A stretch of 64,000 bases of DNA from NCBI RefSeq assembly GCF_947568905.1, contig NC_079165.1, positions 68,386,001 through 68,450,000 on the forward strand, read 5' to 3'. This DNA comes from Ostrea edulis (taxonomy: Eukaryota). The translations under genes and the position numbers were made by a program. Positions 10,866 through 23,670 of this stretch are shown piece after piece. The notes beneath the pieces are model-generated. The model made no database searches. It was given only the letters and a program-made list of their open reading frames with translations, and had not been told where the DNA came from. The first letter of the stretch is position 1. Every line of letters starts with the position of its first letter.

Positions 10866-13800
10866 ATGGATGACCAGGGTGTTCAAAACGTTTGGGACGT
10901 GATATTTATTTTGTCACTATGTGTTATGTGTTTTCTATGTATTGTCGGAAATTTGATGGTCATCCTGACAGTTTTGTGGACTCCAAATTTACGCTCCGGA
11001 AGTTCCTTGTTACTCTTAAATTTGGGTGTGTGCGATTTACTGAATGGAACCATCAGAATCGTCATGGTTACAGACAGCTTCCTACATGGAGGGTGGCGGT
11101 TTACCCAGGTATCGTTTTTAGCATCATGCAGTTGAATAACAAAGCATTTAGAAAACTTAGTAATCATCAAATTACTTAAACTTTTATTTTGTAAATTAAT
11201 TTAAAAAATAAAAGTTTATAATTATCAGAGTAATCATTAAACTATCAATTTAAAAGAAAATAATAGTGCGGCATTTACCCCCGGACACGACAAAGTCTAG
11301 ATTTTGGCTACGTTTTATACTAGTGATATGGAGAAGAATGAAATAGTACAATGTGCAGTACAGTTAAAGCTACATTTGACTCTAAGACACGATGGAAGTG
11401 GATCTCATGAAACCCACATAATTATTTCTATAACTACGATATGTATTCCAGTTAGAGGTGCGCTGTGACAAATGTTCTAATGTTTTTACAATATTATATA
11501 AAGCCATGTAGGTGTTTTTTCCCGAAAAAATGCAGTAGGTCAACGTCGAGTCAAGAGTGGAAAGACAAGACGTTAAGTGATCACAGCATATATCCTATTG
11601 CAGAATAAATGACCAAATAACAATAACAAGCATGTACCTCTCAACATCTACATCCTTTTAAAAAATATGCAGTAAAATGAAGAAAATTATACTGAATCCA
11701 TCTTTTTTATACACAACTTGCCCCTGAAGTTTTTCACTTCGATAGCTGTATATGGCTGCTGTTTCCAAACGCAGAAGCGATTCCGAATAGGAGAGTAATT
11801 CTACGACACTTTGCGAAAAATAACGATTTACGGTATTGCTCTCGAGGTAAAGTTTTGTTGTTAAATTTTGTCAACGAATAATTCATGTCAATGTTCAATT
11901 TATATTTCTTAAACGTATCTGATACAGAGAATTATGCACAGTCCGATGCGGTGTCGAATTTTCCGCATTTCCTCGAACATAAGTACATCATGAAATAAAA
12001 AATAGCAATCAGTGATCAATCTCATGGCTGTTATAGGGAATACAAAATTGAAAGTTGGGCAAACATATTTATCTATCTACTGCATAAAAATATATACAAA
12101 ACACGCACTTTACTCCTGAACAATTGCATTAACTAGTCGAACATACTCAATCGGCTTTGTGATATTTTTTATATTAATTACGAGCAGGATTTACCGACAA
12201 GATGACAATGATTCATGAATCGGCATTTTCTGCTGATTTGACGGGTTTATAGCTTCAGATTCACTTTGATTCCATTAAGCTACACTGTATATATATTCAA
12301 TCACAAATATGTTAAATATTTGTTCTTTTATTTTTCATGCCATTTGCCTTTAGTTACAGCTTCTATTGTTTTGTAAGCAAATGTGATACCGGTCCAAATG
12401 TGCCGAATTTCAAATCGGATCTCAATTTTATTGCACCAGTGCGCGACTGAAGTAGCCTTTTGATATACAGCAACACATTTTCAATCATATTTAAGTCTTG
12501 AGATTGAGAAGTCCAACTTAAACATTCTCCCCACCAGAGACTTATATACCTGTATTATGTTATGATTTAATTCTTATTAAATTCTAGTCCTTGCTCAGTC
12601 AAATTCAAATTGAGAGAAGGAGGTTATTTTTTGCATAACCTGGTTTGGTATGGAGACACAATTCCTTGACAACCAGCTGCCAGGACTATTTTTCTCTCTC
12701 ATCACAACCTTTTGTGAAATAGAAAATCAACGTGTTCAATAAGATAATTCGGTTTAATACAGAATGTTTTCTCGTTTTGTCAAACAAGACGTATAGAATC
12801 TACTTGCAAGCAAATCAGTGTTGTAAAACATCTCTGTGTGATGGTCGAATGATAAATTAAAACAAAGATTATATTCGAATTAATGATTTACCAAGTAAAC
12901 AATTGCCCTGTTCATTTTGAAATACAATTCTCATTGGGGAAAGGCATCGTCGGAAACCCATGGTTGCATGATTAGGCTTCGTTCCTCTCTGCATCACCCG
13001 TGGGTCCATTCATTCCTACCCGCTCGTTCTCGTGAATAAATATTTTAAAATATCGTCCAATCAAAGCAATCGTTTAGTAACGGAAGTCTTCTGTTTTTAA
13101 AGGTAGCATTAAAACTTAACTTTGATATCACAACAATTGCATACCGAAATTGAGCTGAAAGCGTCTTGTAGATTGGACAAATTCGCTCAGGGTGTACTAT
13201 GACCGCCCAATCAAAACGCTGAGTATATACGAGACTTTTGAACCTCTATAAAATCTAAAAGACATAAAAATCCATATGCAGGTGATAGTGGGATATTGCT
13301 ACATAAATATGGGACGTTGACAATGGAGATGCTGAAATGTGAGCTCAGTAGAACTCTCAGCTGAGAAAAGTAATGAGAAGCTACCCGTATTTAGTACGGG
13401 ATATTTGATCCTAATATTCTTTTCGTAGGATTACTGATCCTACATGTACATGTAGTATTTAAAGTAATAGTATTATTCATCTTACATGTATCTCACATAA
13501 TAATGATGGGAAAAACTTACGAATCTCGTGTAGGAGTATTTTTCATGGATGTCGATAATTGTAATTCTATTAGTATGTTGGGGGCGGGGTCTTTATATTT
13601 TTAAAAATCCACATTTCTCACAATTCGATTTTTTTTTTATCACTATTATAATGAAGTTTGTTTTGTTTGGAGTCATTCGTTTTATAAATTGATTTCTTGT
13701 TATATCAATCGATTGTGCATTTACAAATTTTGCTCAATGAGCTTTGTAAAAGGAGGTATGAGATGTACAGAAAATGTATATGTTTTAATGTCCTTTTATT

Positions 13801-15989
13801 TTTAGATCATGTAAAATCGATGACATTTCCTTGAATACGGTTATTTATTGCCCCCATTGCACCGCGGATGGGGTCATAGAAATACTGGTATCCGTCCCAC
13901 TTTACTTTGTGTATGCAACTCCTCTGAAACCACTAAACGGATTTTGTTCAAATTTTGTAGTATTTTTAGTTACCACATGTAGTTGATCATTTTACAGCGA
14001 TAGTTGATAAAGTTTACAGTAATTGTGGGACTTTTGTGCTTCAACGTTTTTTGCGGCGGTGGGAGACATGGCTACGCGTAGCAATCTTTTTTATTTTATT
14101 TATTTCGTTTTATGTTTAGCAGCTAAAGATATATCAGAAACAGTTTTGATATTATAGTTATCACATGTGATATTTATGAGTACCAATGACATCCTTTACA
14201 AAAACCAACTGTATAACAAATTTTAAACCGTTATTAAAGAATTTACAATCGAGATAAAAAATCAACACACAGAAATCTTTCCAGTCGATAACAAATTTCC
14301 GGAAGTTCAAATCTAGAATTTATCACACTCAACATCAATTTCATCTCAAGACGAAATCGTCGATGTCTGGACGCTGGTTCATCTGTTAAAGATTAAGGCA
14401 AAACTTGTATTAGCTCTCCAGATGACATCGCGAAGTCCGTGGAACCGTTGAAGGAATCAGTTAGATGATTGACAACTTCAATATGAATGAGATATATCTA
14501 ATTGGGTATTTATTTAAAACTCTGGAACCACGCTCCTTCGTGATAAATGTTCATCACGTAATTATATTATAGACTGTATAAGGAAAGTAAAACAATTTTA
14601 TTATTAAACACTAATGGTTGAAAGTTCTTATGAAATGTAAATATGCGGAAAAGAAGTGTCTTTCGTGATTGTGTGTTTATTACATGTAAATATTATCAGA
14701 TATTTAGTTGGTCGATATTATATTGCGTTTACTTATGTGTTTGGAGTTTTAATGTTGCATGTTTGACTATAAGATGTTAAAATATGTCATTTCAGACAAC
14801 CTGTTCCGTCACTGCCATTATGACGTGCCTGTTTTCTATGGTTTCCATAGTAACTATTACAGCCATAGCTCTTGACCGGTATCTGTCCATCATTCACTGT
14901 CTGCGATACACTTCCTGGGCACCGGTGAAGACTACAACGAGCGCCATAGTCACCTCATGGGTCATTGGAATAGCCAGTTCTATCCCTAGTGTGTCGGGGG
15001 GCTGGGGTTCAGTAACATATGATCCACAAATGTATTTATGTTATGTGACGTGGGACGCACGTTTGTCGTATGCAATATTCCAGTTAGTGATGACATATGT
15101 GGTGCCTATCATTATAATGTTGTATTCCTATCTAAGAATCATTGCTGTTGCGAGATCTCACGCCAAAAAAATTACTGATTTGAAACCTCATGTGAATAGA
15201 ACTTCCGGTGGAACGACAGTGCCTCCCAATGGAATTGTGGCCTTTGCTGTTGTCGATCCTGTGCGCCGACTTCCGGTCATGGGTTTTCCAGGTGCCTCCA
15301 ATAAATCAATAATCGATTTTGAGTTAAGCAGTTTTACTGGCAATGCCCATACTAGTTCATCATCAGGAAAGAGAAACTGCAAGCAAAAGGCTATGCTGTG
15401 TCTTCTAGGACATATATTGGCATTTATAATTTGTTGGACTCCATTCGTCGTTAAAGAATTCAAATTTCTCAGCCAAAACGAAAGCAGCGTTACATTTTCC
15501 TCGATTTCTTTTCTAATCACATCATGGTTCCTCTGTTTGCATTCTTCGTGGAATCCTTTTATATATGCTATTATGAGTGGTAGGTTCCGGAAGTGTGCTC
15601 TTAAACTGGTGAGAAGAAAGAAAACTACAGTAGCATGTGTGAGAGATATGAATAAGTCAAGGATAATCAGTACAATTAGCCATCGACGCCCACATGTAAC
15701 AGTGATGATAGATCCAGCCAGGACAAAGTCCTTAAGGTCAGAAACAAGTCAACTCACTATTTCTGACCATCACATCAAGTCTAAGTTACCGTTACCGCAA
15801 CACGACCGTACATGTCCTGAAACAAACGTTAGCCATCACGCAGGATATCTGCATAAAGGAAACAGGATTATCACCAATAACAACCTTCCCGGTGTTCTGG
15901 AAATTGTGCCTTCTGTTGAGTCTTTGGAATCTCTGGATGAAGGCGTTTTTCTTGACGACGAAACCGCAACAAAGAGAGACAGCAAGTAA
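10866..15989 (+). CDS. Class A (rhodopsin-like) orphan GPCR, GPR161/GPR101-like; 2 exons, ~478 aa
   Basis: Exon 1 10866-11108 (TM1 IVGNLMV, TM2 NLGVCDLL) ends CAG|gtatcg. Exon 2 14796-15989 starts tttcag|ACA, phase 0. Carries C3.25, DRY, TM5 YVVPIIIMLYSYLRI, TM6 CWTPF, TM7 NPFIY. ECL2 GWGSVTYDPQMYLCYVTW and VARSHAKKI resemble GPR161 as I recall it. Confidence 0.9.
13190..13345 (-). mobile_element. Penelope-like RT fragment in the GPCR intron; a short pLTR-like piece lies at 11990-12065
   Basis: Same sequence as 700-920 (gataatgg...gctacataaatatggg...acaatggagatgctgaaat). Confidence 0.6.
13845..14090 (+). mobile_element. Short Helitron-type non-autonomous element
   Basis: ttattgccccc...gtatccgtcc...actcctctgaaacc...gcggtgggagacat...gcaatc pattern. 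Confidence 0.45.
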
Positions 15990-17030
15990 ACGGGATTACC
16001 TGACACGTCACAAAAGACTTTCATAATGTACTGTCTTAGAAATTATTCAGTTTCCTTGCAAAGTATATATTGTATTTCTTTAAAAGCATGATATTCGAAG
16101 TAATACTGAAAAAAAAACCGCTTAGACAATAATGCAATACTGAAAATTAAAAAATAAATGTCTACAATAATGAATTATTTACGTGTCATTTTAACGAAAT
16201 GCAGATCATGAGATAACCCATTTATTAAATGGAAACCAAAATCATTTTCCCCAGCGAAGTGGATTATTGACCTAAACGACAAGAATGATCTACAATAACG
16301 TTAAATCACGACGACTTGTCATATATCCGCCCGCGAGACAAGACAAAGGCATAGAGTACAATGTCGATTGTTTGTTTTTTAATAATATTTGCGTAAATGT
16401 AACACGAAACATTGACGTAAGTGTCAAAGAATGACCGCAAATAATTTCTTGCATTTCACTGACCGTATGAAATGATAATTTTGTGTGAGCACAAGTATCA
16501 ATGATGCAGATTAATTTTCACATATAGTTATCCCCTATGAAGGCCTCATCCTATCCTCCAGGGTCATGATTTGAATGAAGAGGAATTTGTACTACCTGAT
16601 GATGCTTGCATTTTAATGGCTAATCATGACACAGTTGCTCTAAAGGGAAAAAAATATTTTCCTTCTGTATTCAAATATAAAACTTCCTCAATTGTGACCC
16701 ATCCTATCCCCTGAAGCTATAATTTGAACAACTTGAATATACACTGCTTCAAAGACGTTTGCAAATCAATATGATCCTGCTGTTCTTAAGAGTTTAATGA
16801 TGTTTCCAATATATTCCTTGGTGTAATGTAAATAGCAACTTCTGCATGTTGCTGAAAGCCCTATCTTGAATTATTTTACCTTAAGAAAATTTAAATAAAC
16901 ACAGGTTGGGTTTTTTTGTGTGTGTGTGAAGGGGTAGGGGGGTTGCAAGTGTTTGTACATGTGTAAGAGAGAGAGATTTCCAATGAGGTATGTTAGCTGA
17001 AATAAATAATGTTTTTATATATGGATGTAT

Positions 17031-17265
17031 ATACCATATAGCGGGTTTTTTCCGCGGTGTGATGAATTTGGCTTATTTTAGCGGTTAGAAAGCTTTCCTC
17101 CAAAATTTTACTCGCCAAATATGCACCTAATTGCGACTATAGTATTTGCAAGAGATATAACTCTTCCTTTTGCGCCAAAATTTATTCCACTAAAATTACT
17201 CGCATACTTTTAAGTCAGCTAATCGCCAAATTTTAGACCCGCTGAAAAACCCCGCTATACATGTA
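17031..17265. mobile_element. MITE with short imperfect TIRs
   Basis: taccatatagcgggtttttt ... aaaaaccccgctatacatgta. Confidence 0.55.
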
Positions 17266-19894
17266 CATTACACAGCGATATTGATATATAAATATAGGAT
17301 CCTTTATCCAGCGCGTTATGTGCGTTTTTTCATACCCGAGATTGATACCGTTTTTACACGCATGATATTCTCTTTACTACTGATTCACGATTTTCCCCAA
17401 AATTTTCTTTTTCACTTTTAATGATCAAAATCTACTGTCTAATGTGTTTGAAAGATTTCACATGAAAATTAAGGTTATATATTATCACAGAAGGTCATTA
17501 TAGAGAGTTTATGATTTGTTTTGTAAACAAAGATTGTGGTATGCTATTGTTCACGTAATTTTCAAAAGAAATGGATATCGATCTAAGTTTATTATATCTT
17601 TCACATTCCAAGCATTTTTGGAGGTAAAATGTGTCATCTGAAAGTTAAATTTATGACTATGCAAAATTAAGATGCATTATATTACAAAATCAATATTTCA
17701 CTTGTTTGTTTACATATAAAGACTCGAGTCTTTGTTTACATAACACAGATTTAAGGCTAATATTTTGCTTTCATTCTTGCATTCTGAAGGTCAAAATTTT
17801 GGCTGTCAACATTAAATGAGTTACATTTTTAATGTTTAACATCAAAAATGAAAAATATTTTTATCAAAAATCGTGAACCAGTCCCTTTAACATTTCCTTT
17901 GCGAATATTTGTCATGTTGTGAATTTCTTTTAAAATTAGTAAACGACAATATACAAAGTATACCAAATACTGCTAAATGGCTTCGAGAGCAATAGCAAGT
18001 CTTTGTCCCCGAGACTGTAACTATGTGTATTCCTAGGCGCACAGCTGTTTTATATAAATCATGTTTTGGTAAACCATCTTTTGGGAGCATTAAAAAACCG
18101 ACAAATATTTTATCACCTCTTGCTTAAAATTCTACAGAATTGTCATATATTTCATATCATTTAACATTTCAGTTTCTTCTACATGATATTCGAGATCTTA
18201 TGAAGCTATATGGATACATGTATTAAAATTTATTTTTAAAAAACATTCCTACGAGTTTTTAAAAAAAGTATTTGATATTTGTTTTAGTCTGAGGTTGATG
18301 AAATATTGTGTGAAATATACTGAAATTGGATGAAATATATCAATTCATTTACATTAACCCTCCTTCTAGTGTATATGCTATAATGTGTTTAAGACACACG
18401 CACGCACGCACGCACACACACACATAACAATGCATTGCTGACATTGTCAACTGCAAAAATGTATTCTTTAAAATGGAAACCGAAAGCAAACGATGAAAAA
18501 GGAGATGAAAATAATAACGTCAATAATCGAATTTGAAGATTTTTGAAAGTTTTATTTACTCGATTTTCTTTATCTGTGACTATCGAGTAAGAAAGAAATC
18601 AGTTTTGAAGGACATTGCCAGGTGGTACGTTTAAATTACTGTACATACATGCTTAGTAATATGTATAGTTTTATACTCTTTTCAACTTTTTCACTTGATT
18701 CTTTTTAATAGTTGCGATTCTGAATTACTGATATCTACACAGTTGAAAAGGTTTGATATTGTACATTAAAAAACGTATTTTGCCGATCTGACTTTCATGG
18801 AGTTTTCTCAGACTCCAAAACTTGTTTAGAAAAGATATTTTAACATGTACAGCTGTATTCCCATCATACACCGAGGCGTTGACTAAGAAATGACACTGTT
18901 AATGTCAAAAACTGGTTTATGGTTGTGACATTGAGTCACGTGATTCATTCCTCATTGCTGCGATTATTATTTGTAAATATTTGAAATTTATTCTTTCTGG
19001 TGGAACACTAGTCAATTAATTGATTAAGACATGGAGATATACAAACGTTGTAATACATAGGGAAAAAAGAAAACATTAGTTGCAAACAATCAGAAGATTA
19101 TAAGATATGAATTAGACGATACTATAACACGTACCATTACATGTTAAACATTACAATTATATAACACAAGACAAGCGACACACGAATAGACATAGTAAGG
19201 GAATTAACTCTATATGATTTTATTCCTCTTCAAGATTGGTCGATGATCCTTAACCAACACAATATCTACATTTGATGAGTCATGAACTTCTGGAATTTGT
19301 GTGAGGGGTTCTCTTCGATTTTTTTATTTTGGATTTGGCTGTTCCTTCTAACTGGTTTCTTCAGTCTGAGGTTGTAGTTTTATACCTTTAATATGGTCCT
19401 ATTTGAAGCAGATCTGTTACTACGTAAACTTAGGTTGTCTTATAACTACATAAACATCCTCCCACCGATAAGTCTAGTTGTGATTTCCACTGAAACGATA
19501 TCTCCAATCTGTAAACTGACCTTAAATTTATCCTTTTTGTTTTCACTTCGTGATTGCGTAACCTATTTGATGCTAGTTTATACGTCTATAAAACCTTTCT
19601 ACATAATTGGTGCGTGGTAGTTTTTTCTTATTCTGTTTTAATCCGAAAGCAATGTCAACTTGCAAATTGGGTTCTCTTCCAAACATCAAGAAAAAGAGAT
19701 TATCCAGTTACTGTGATATACCTATAACAGAATTTTTGTAACCTGGAATGATTGATTGAATATTGTTTAACGTCTCGCTTGAGAATATTTTTATATGGAG
19801 ACATCACCAATGACGGTTACCTGGATTGTGCGCGCTTTTTATTTGAATGTTATATATTTGAAACACAAGAGTACATGTACTCAAAGTCTCACAA

Positions 19895-20010
19895 GAGTGT
19901 ATATATCGATTCCATACATTCCAGTGAACTCGAAAAGAAAGATACCCACCACAGTTCTTCCACATCTACTTAATATTTGGATATTATATTGAATAAAACA
20001 CAGACTATAG
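19895..20010 (+). mobile_element. Degenerate Penelope-like RT fragment
   Basis: DSIHSSELEKKDT...STST*YLDIIL resembles the PLE RT motif IYPxELExKDT...SYLDI. Confidence 0.55.
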
Positions 20011-20125
20011 GAACTCTTCACTATTCAGTAAAGGGAAGTACAGACTAAAATATTTTACTTTGTAAACTTAGAAATAAAGCTAAGCTAGTGACCTACATGC
20101 TGATCATTTCAAGCAACCCATCATG

Positions 20126-21540
20126 TAATCTGTGTGGTGTTATTTATCAGGATAGTGTCCCCCATCATCAAGTCTGTGTGGTTATGATTATGAGGATAAC
20201 GTGATCTGTGTGGTGATTGTGAGGATAGCGTAATCTGTGTGGTTATGAGGATAGCGTAATCTGTGTGGTTATGATTATGAGGATAGCGTAATCTGTGTGG
20301 TGATTATGAGGATAGCGTAATCTGTGTGATTATGAGGATAGCGTAATCTGTGTGATTATGAGGATAGCTTAATCTGTGTGGTGATTATGAGGATAGCGTA
20401 ATCTGTGTGGTGATTATGAGGATAACGTAATCTGTGTGGTGATTGTGAGGATAACGTAATCTGTGTGGTTATGATTATGAGGATAGCGTAATCTGTGTGG
20501 TTATGATTATGAGGATAGCGTAATCTGTGTGGTGATATGAGGATAGCGTAATCTGTGTGGTGATTATGAGGATAGCGTAATCTGTGTGATTATGATTATG
20601 AGGATAGCGTAATCTGTGTGGTGATATGAGGATAGCGTAATCTGTGTGGTGATTATGAGGATAGCGTAATCTGTGTGGTGATTATGAGGATAGCGTAATC
20701 TGTGTGGTGATTATGAGGATAACGTAATCTGTGTGGTGATTGTGAGGATAACGTAATCTGTGTGGTTATGATTATGAGGATAGCGTAATCTGTGTGGTTA
20801 TGATTATGAGGATAGCGTAATCTGTGTGGTGATATGAGGATAGCGTAATCTGTGTGGTGATATGAGGATAGCGTAATCTGTGTGGTGATTGTGAGGATAA
20901 CGTAATCTGTGTGGTGATTGTGAGGATAACGTAATCTGTGTGGTGATTATGAGGATAGCGTAATCTGTGTGGTTATGATTATGAGGATAGCGTAATCTGT
21001 GTGGTTATGATTATGAGGATAGCGTAATCTGTGTGGTTATGATTATGAGGATAGCGTAATCTGTGTGGTGATATGAGGATAACGTAATCTGTGTGGTGAT
21101 ATGAGGATAGCGTAATCTGTGTGGTTATGATTATGAGGATAGCGTAATCTGTGTGGTTATGAGGATAGCGTAATCTGTGTGGTTATGAGGATAGCGTAAT
21201 CTGTGTGATTATGAGGATAGCGTAATCTGTGTGGTGTTATTTATCAGGATACTGTCCCCCATCATCAAGTCTGTGTGGTTATGATTATGAGGATAGCGTA
21301 ATCTGTGTGGTGATATGAGGATAGCGTAATCTGTGTGGTTATGAGGATAGCGTAATCTGTGTGGTGATTGCGTAATCTGTGTGGTTATGATTATGAGGAT
21401 AGCGTAATCTGTGTGGTGATTATGAGGATAGCGTAATCTGTGTGGTGATATGAGGATAGCGTAATATGTGTGGTTATGAGGATAGCGTAATCTGTGTGGT
21501 TATGAGGATAGCGTAATCTGTGTGGTGATTATGAGGATAG
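20126..21540. repeat. Minisatellite, ~26-32-bp units (gaggatagcgtaatctgtgtggt[g/t]at[gat]tat), roughly 45-50 copies
   Basis: Directly visible tandem array; an interrupting block (gtgttatttatcaggata.tgtcccccatcatcaagtc) occurs at ~20137 and ~21234. Confidence 0.95.
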
Positions 21541-22072
21541 TATTCACTACTTTCTTCATTGTTCTGCTTTTTTACTTCTAAATTGTTTTTATCTCAGAAC
21601 AGTGTATCAATGAACAAAAAATAAATATATGAATGCTTATAATTTTATTATGGCGTTTATGGGCACGGCTGTATTTACAACACAAAGGAAACGGGCCGCC
21701 AGCATGATCAAGGGCTGGCCCCAACAAACAACAAAAGCATCATCAAAAGCAAATTCAACATCAACATATTCTCTTGCAAAGTCAACATTCAAAGTTCAAA
21801 AATATCAACATTCACAGTTCAAATCATATCAAAGAGTGCTTGACCCTGGGAGGTGCAGAGGTCAAACATCTCATGACCTTGACCCTGGGAGGTGCAGAGG
21901 TCAAGGACTTGTAGATTTTCACATTTCATCATAAGTTCTGACAGTGCCGCTCGTAAGCGCCACAAGTTTCCTACCTTGAATGGCAGTACTGGCAATCATG
22001 GTAAGAAACTCCGCCACACTGGGGGTGGGGGAAGAGCGGCACTTTTCTATAATAAAGCCGTACCCATAAGGA

Positions 22073-22670
22073 CTACTGCGGAAAGTATACAACATTGTGG
22101 CATAGTATAGCTTCTAGGCCCCCTTGTAGTGTGTTTAATAGAATGAAATTCCCTAGTTTGGATAGATGAACCCCATCACTGTGTAAAAATGTGGGTTGTG
22201 GTTTGATATCTGGATATGAAATGACAGCCCCCCCCCCCCCCCTTCCAACTTGATTAAAGCGCTTGCAAACGAATTAAGGCGCCGGCGTGTTTCCTCCATT
22301 TTGGCCCTATTGTGGGAATATTTCCATTCAATGCGCGGTAGAACGTAAGACCATATAATCCTAGCATTGTGAAAATTTGTTCTTATAAATTTTGTAACTT
22401 TTTTAGTCTGTAACCTCAATTTTCTTATGGATGTACGGCCTAAATCATTCCCACCGCAATGTAGTAGAATGGCGCTTGGCTGCGGACCAAATCTACTTAA
22501 GTATTTTAATTTATTGACGACCTGCATAAGAGCTAGACCGCTGTAACCCTGCCACCATAAAGATATATTTACCCTACCGAGATTCAAACCGCAACCACCA
22601 GGTCTAAGTAGAGCTTCTGTTTGTGCCCACTTTAATATTGAGGAGCCCACCAACCAAACGATTTGACTCT
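22073..22670 (-). CDS. SGNH/GDSL hydrolase ORF of the element; one frameshift at a G homopolymer
   Basis: Block I VWLVGSS, block II WQGYSG, block III LHCGGND. After the poly-G at 22228-22242 the shifted frame gives FLHSDGVHLSKLG...FPQ* (block V DxxH), stop at 22075-22073. Confidence 0.85.
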
Positions 22671-22694
22671 CTACAAAATAAATGAACTTGAAAA

Positions 22695-23670
22695 TTACAA
22701 CTTTGGTATACGGATGTATGATTTATAACAGCTAGATCGCCATCTACCAGATTTCTGAATGACATCGGATGAAAACCCCTTGATTGCTAGTTCCGTACTC
22801 GCCCCAATCCTAAAAGAATGAGTTTTATACTTGCCTGGCAATTGAAGTACTTTAATTGCTTTTGACAAAATAGCAGTAAATTGGTATCTGGTCAATGGGT
22901 ACGAATCGAAATGGCAGAAAAGGGGGCCCCGAGTCATTAGGGCGAACATTCAGAAAAACATCCATATGATAAAATGGGCATGTCGAATCTCCTACCCTAG
23001 GAATGTTAAGTACTGAACCCTTGCCCACCTGGTCAGTCTTAGAATATGTAATGGTTAAACTTATTGAGCCATTTGCTCTGTCTAGTTTAATATCACCTCT
23101 TTGTACAACTCTTGCTGTTGAACTGCGATCGCTAACTAATTCGCCTACCCTGAGCAGCCTGTGAAAAGCTAACGAGAATGCAGCGGAAAACAAAGCAGAC
23201 TCGTAGACATTACTACAAATACATGGAAGCACCTGAAATATTCTAGCTAAGATATGTTTTGTTATTGGAAGCCTGCTATCTGGAGTATGCCTCAAACGTT
23301 TCATACCTTGCAAAAGTTTAACAACCAAAAATTCAGAAGTAGGATCATAAATCCCTTGCAATTTGCAATAATATGACAAGACAGCCATGTATGAGCGGGC
23401 TGTGGAAAAAGCTAAACCCCTGATAGATAAATTTAACATGAATTGAACTATTGAAGCTAAGTTGGGTGGCCAATTTGGACTGATCCGGTTTTCTGAACAA
23501 AACTTGTAATACGCCTGGAGACCTGCATTGTGAGCTCTGTGTGCGTTTTGTGATAATGAAGCTTCTAATAATTTGTTGAATTCAAACTGGAGATGAGGTT
23601 TGTGAAGGAGGAGGGGATTGTCAATGGAACTGGATCTGCTTCCGGCGCTGCATAACGAAATCTTTCCCAC
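22695..23670 (-). CDS. Tyrosine recombinase; one +1 frameshift at a C run near 22925
   Basis: Catalytic residues present: LLRVGEL (R), SKTDQ (K), THSFRIGA (HxxR), GRWRSSCYKSYIR (W...Y). Confidence 0.92.

Noticed and set aside
14784-15989. Opsin or biogenic-amine receptor; single-exon gene starting at 14784
   Set aside because: No TM7 Lys and no D3.32. The ATG at 14784 lies in the intron acceptor region; TM1-2 are in the upstream exon.
19200-19640. Gypsy integrase C-terminal remnant on the minus strand
   Set aside because: Only a weak resemblance (LQIGDIV) with many stops; not supportable.
20126-21540. CRISPR-like array
   Set aside because: Units are contiguous with no unique spacers, the context is eukaryotic and there are no cas genes; it is a minisatellite.
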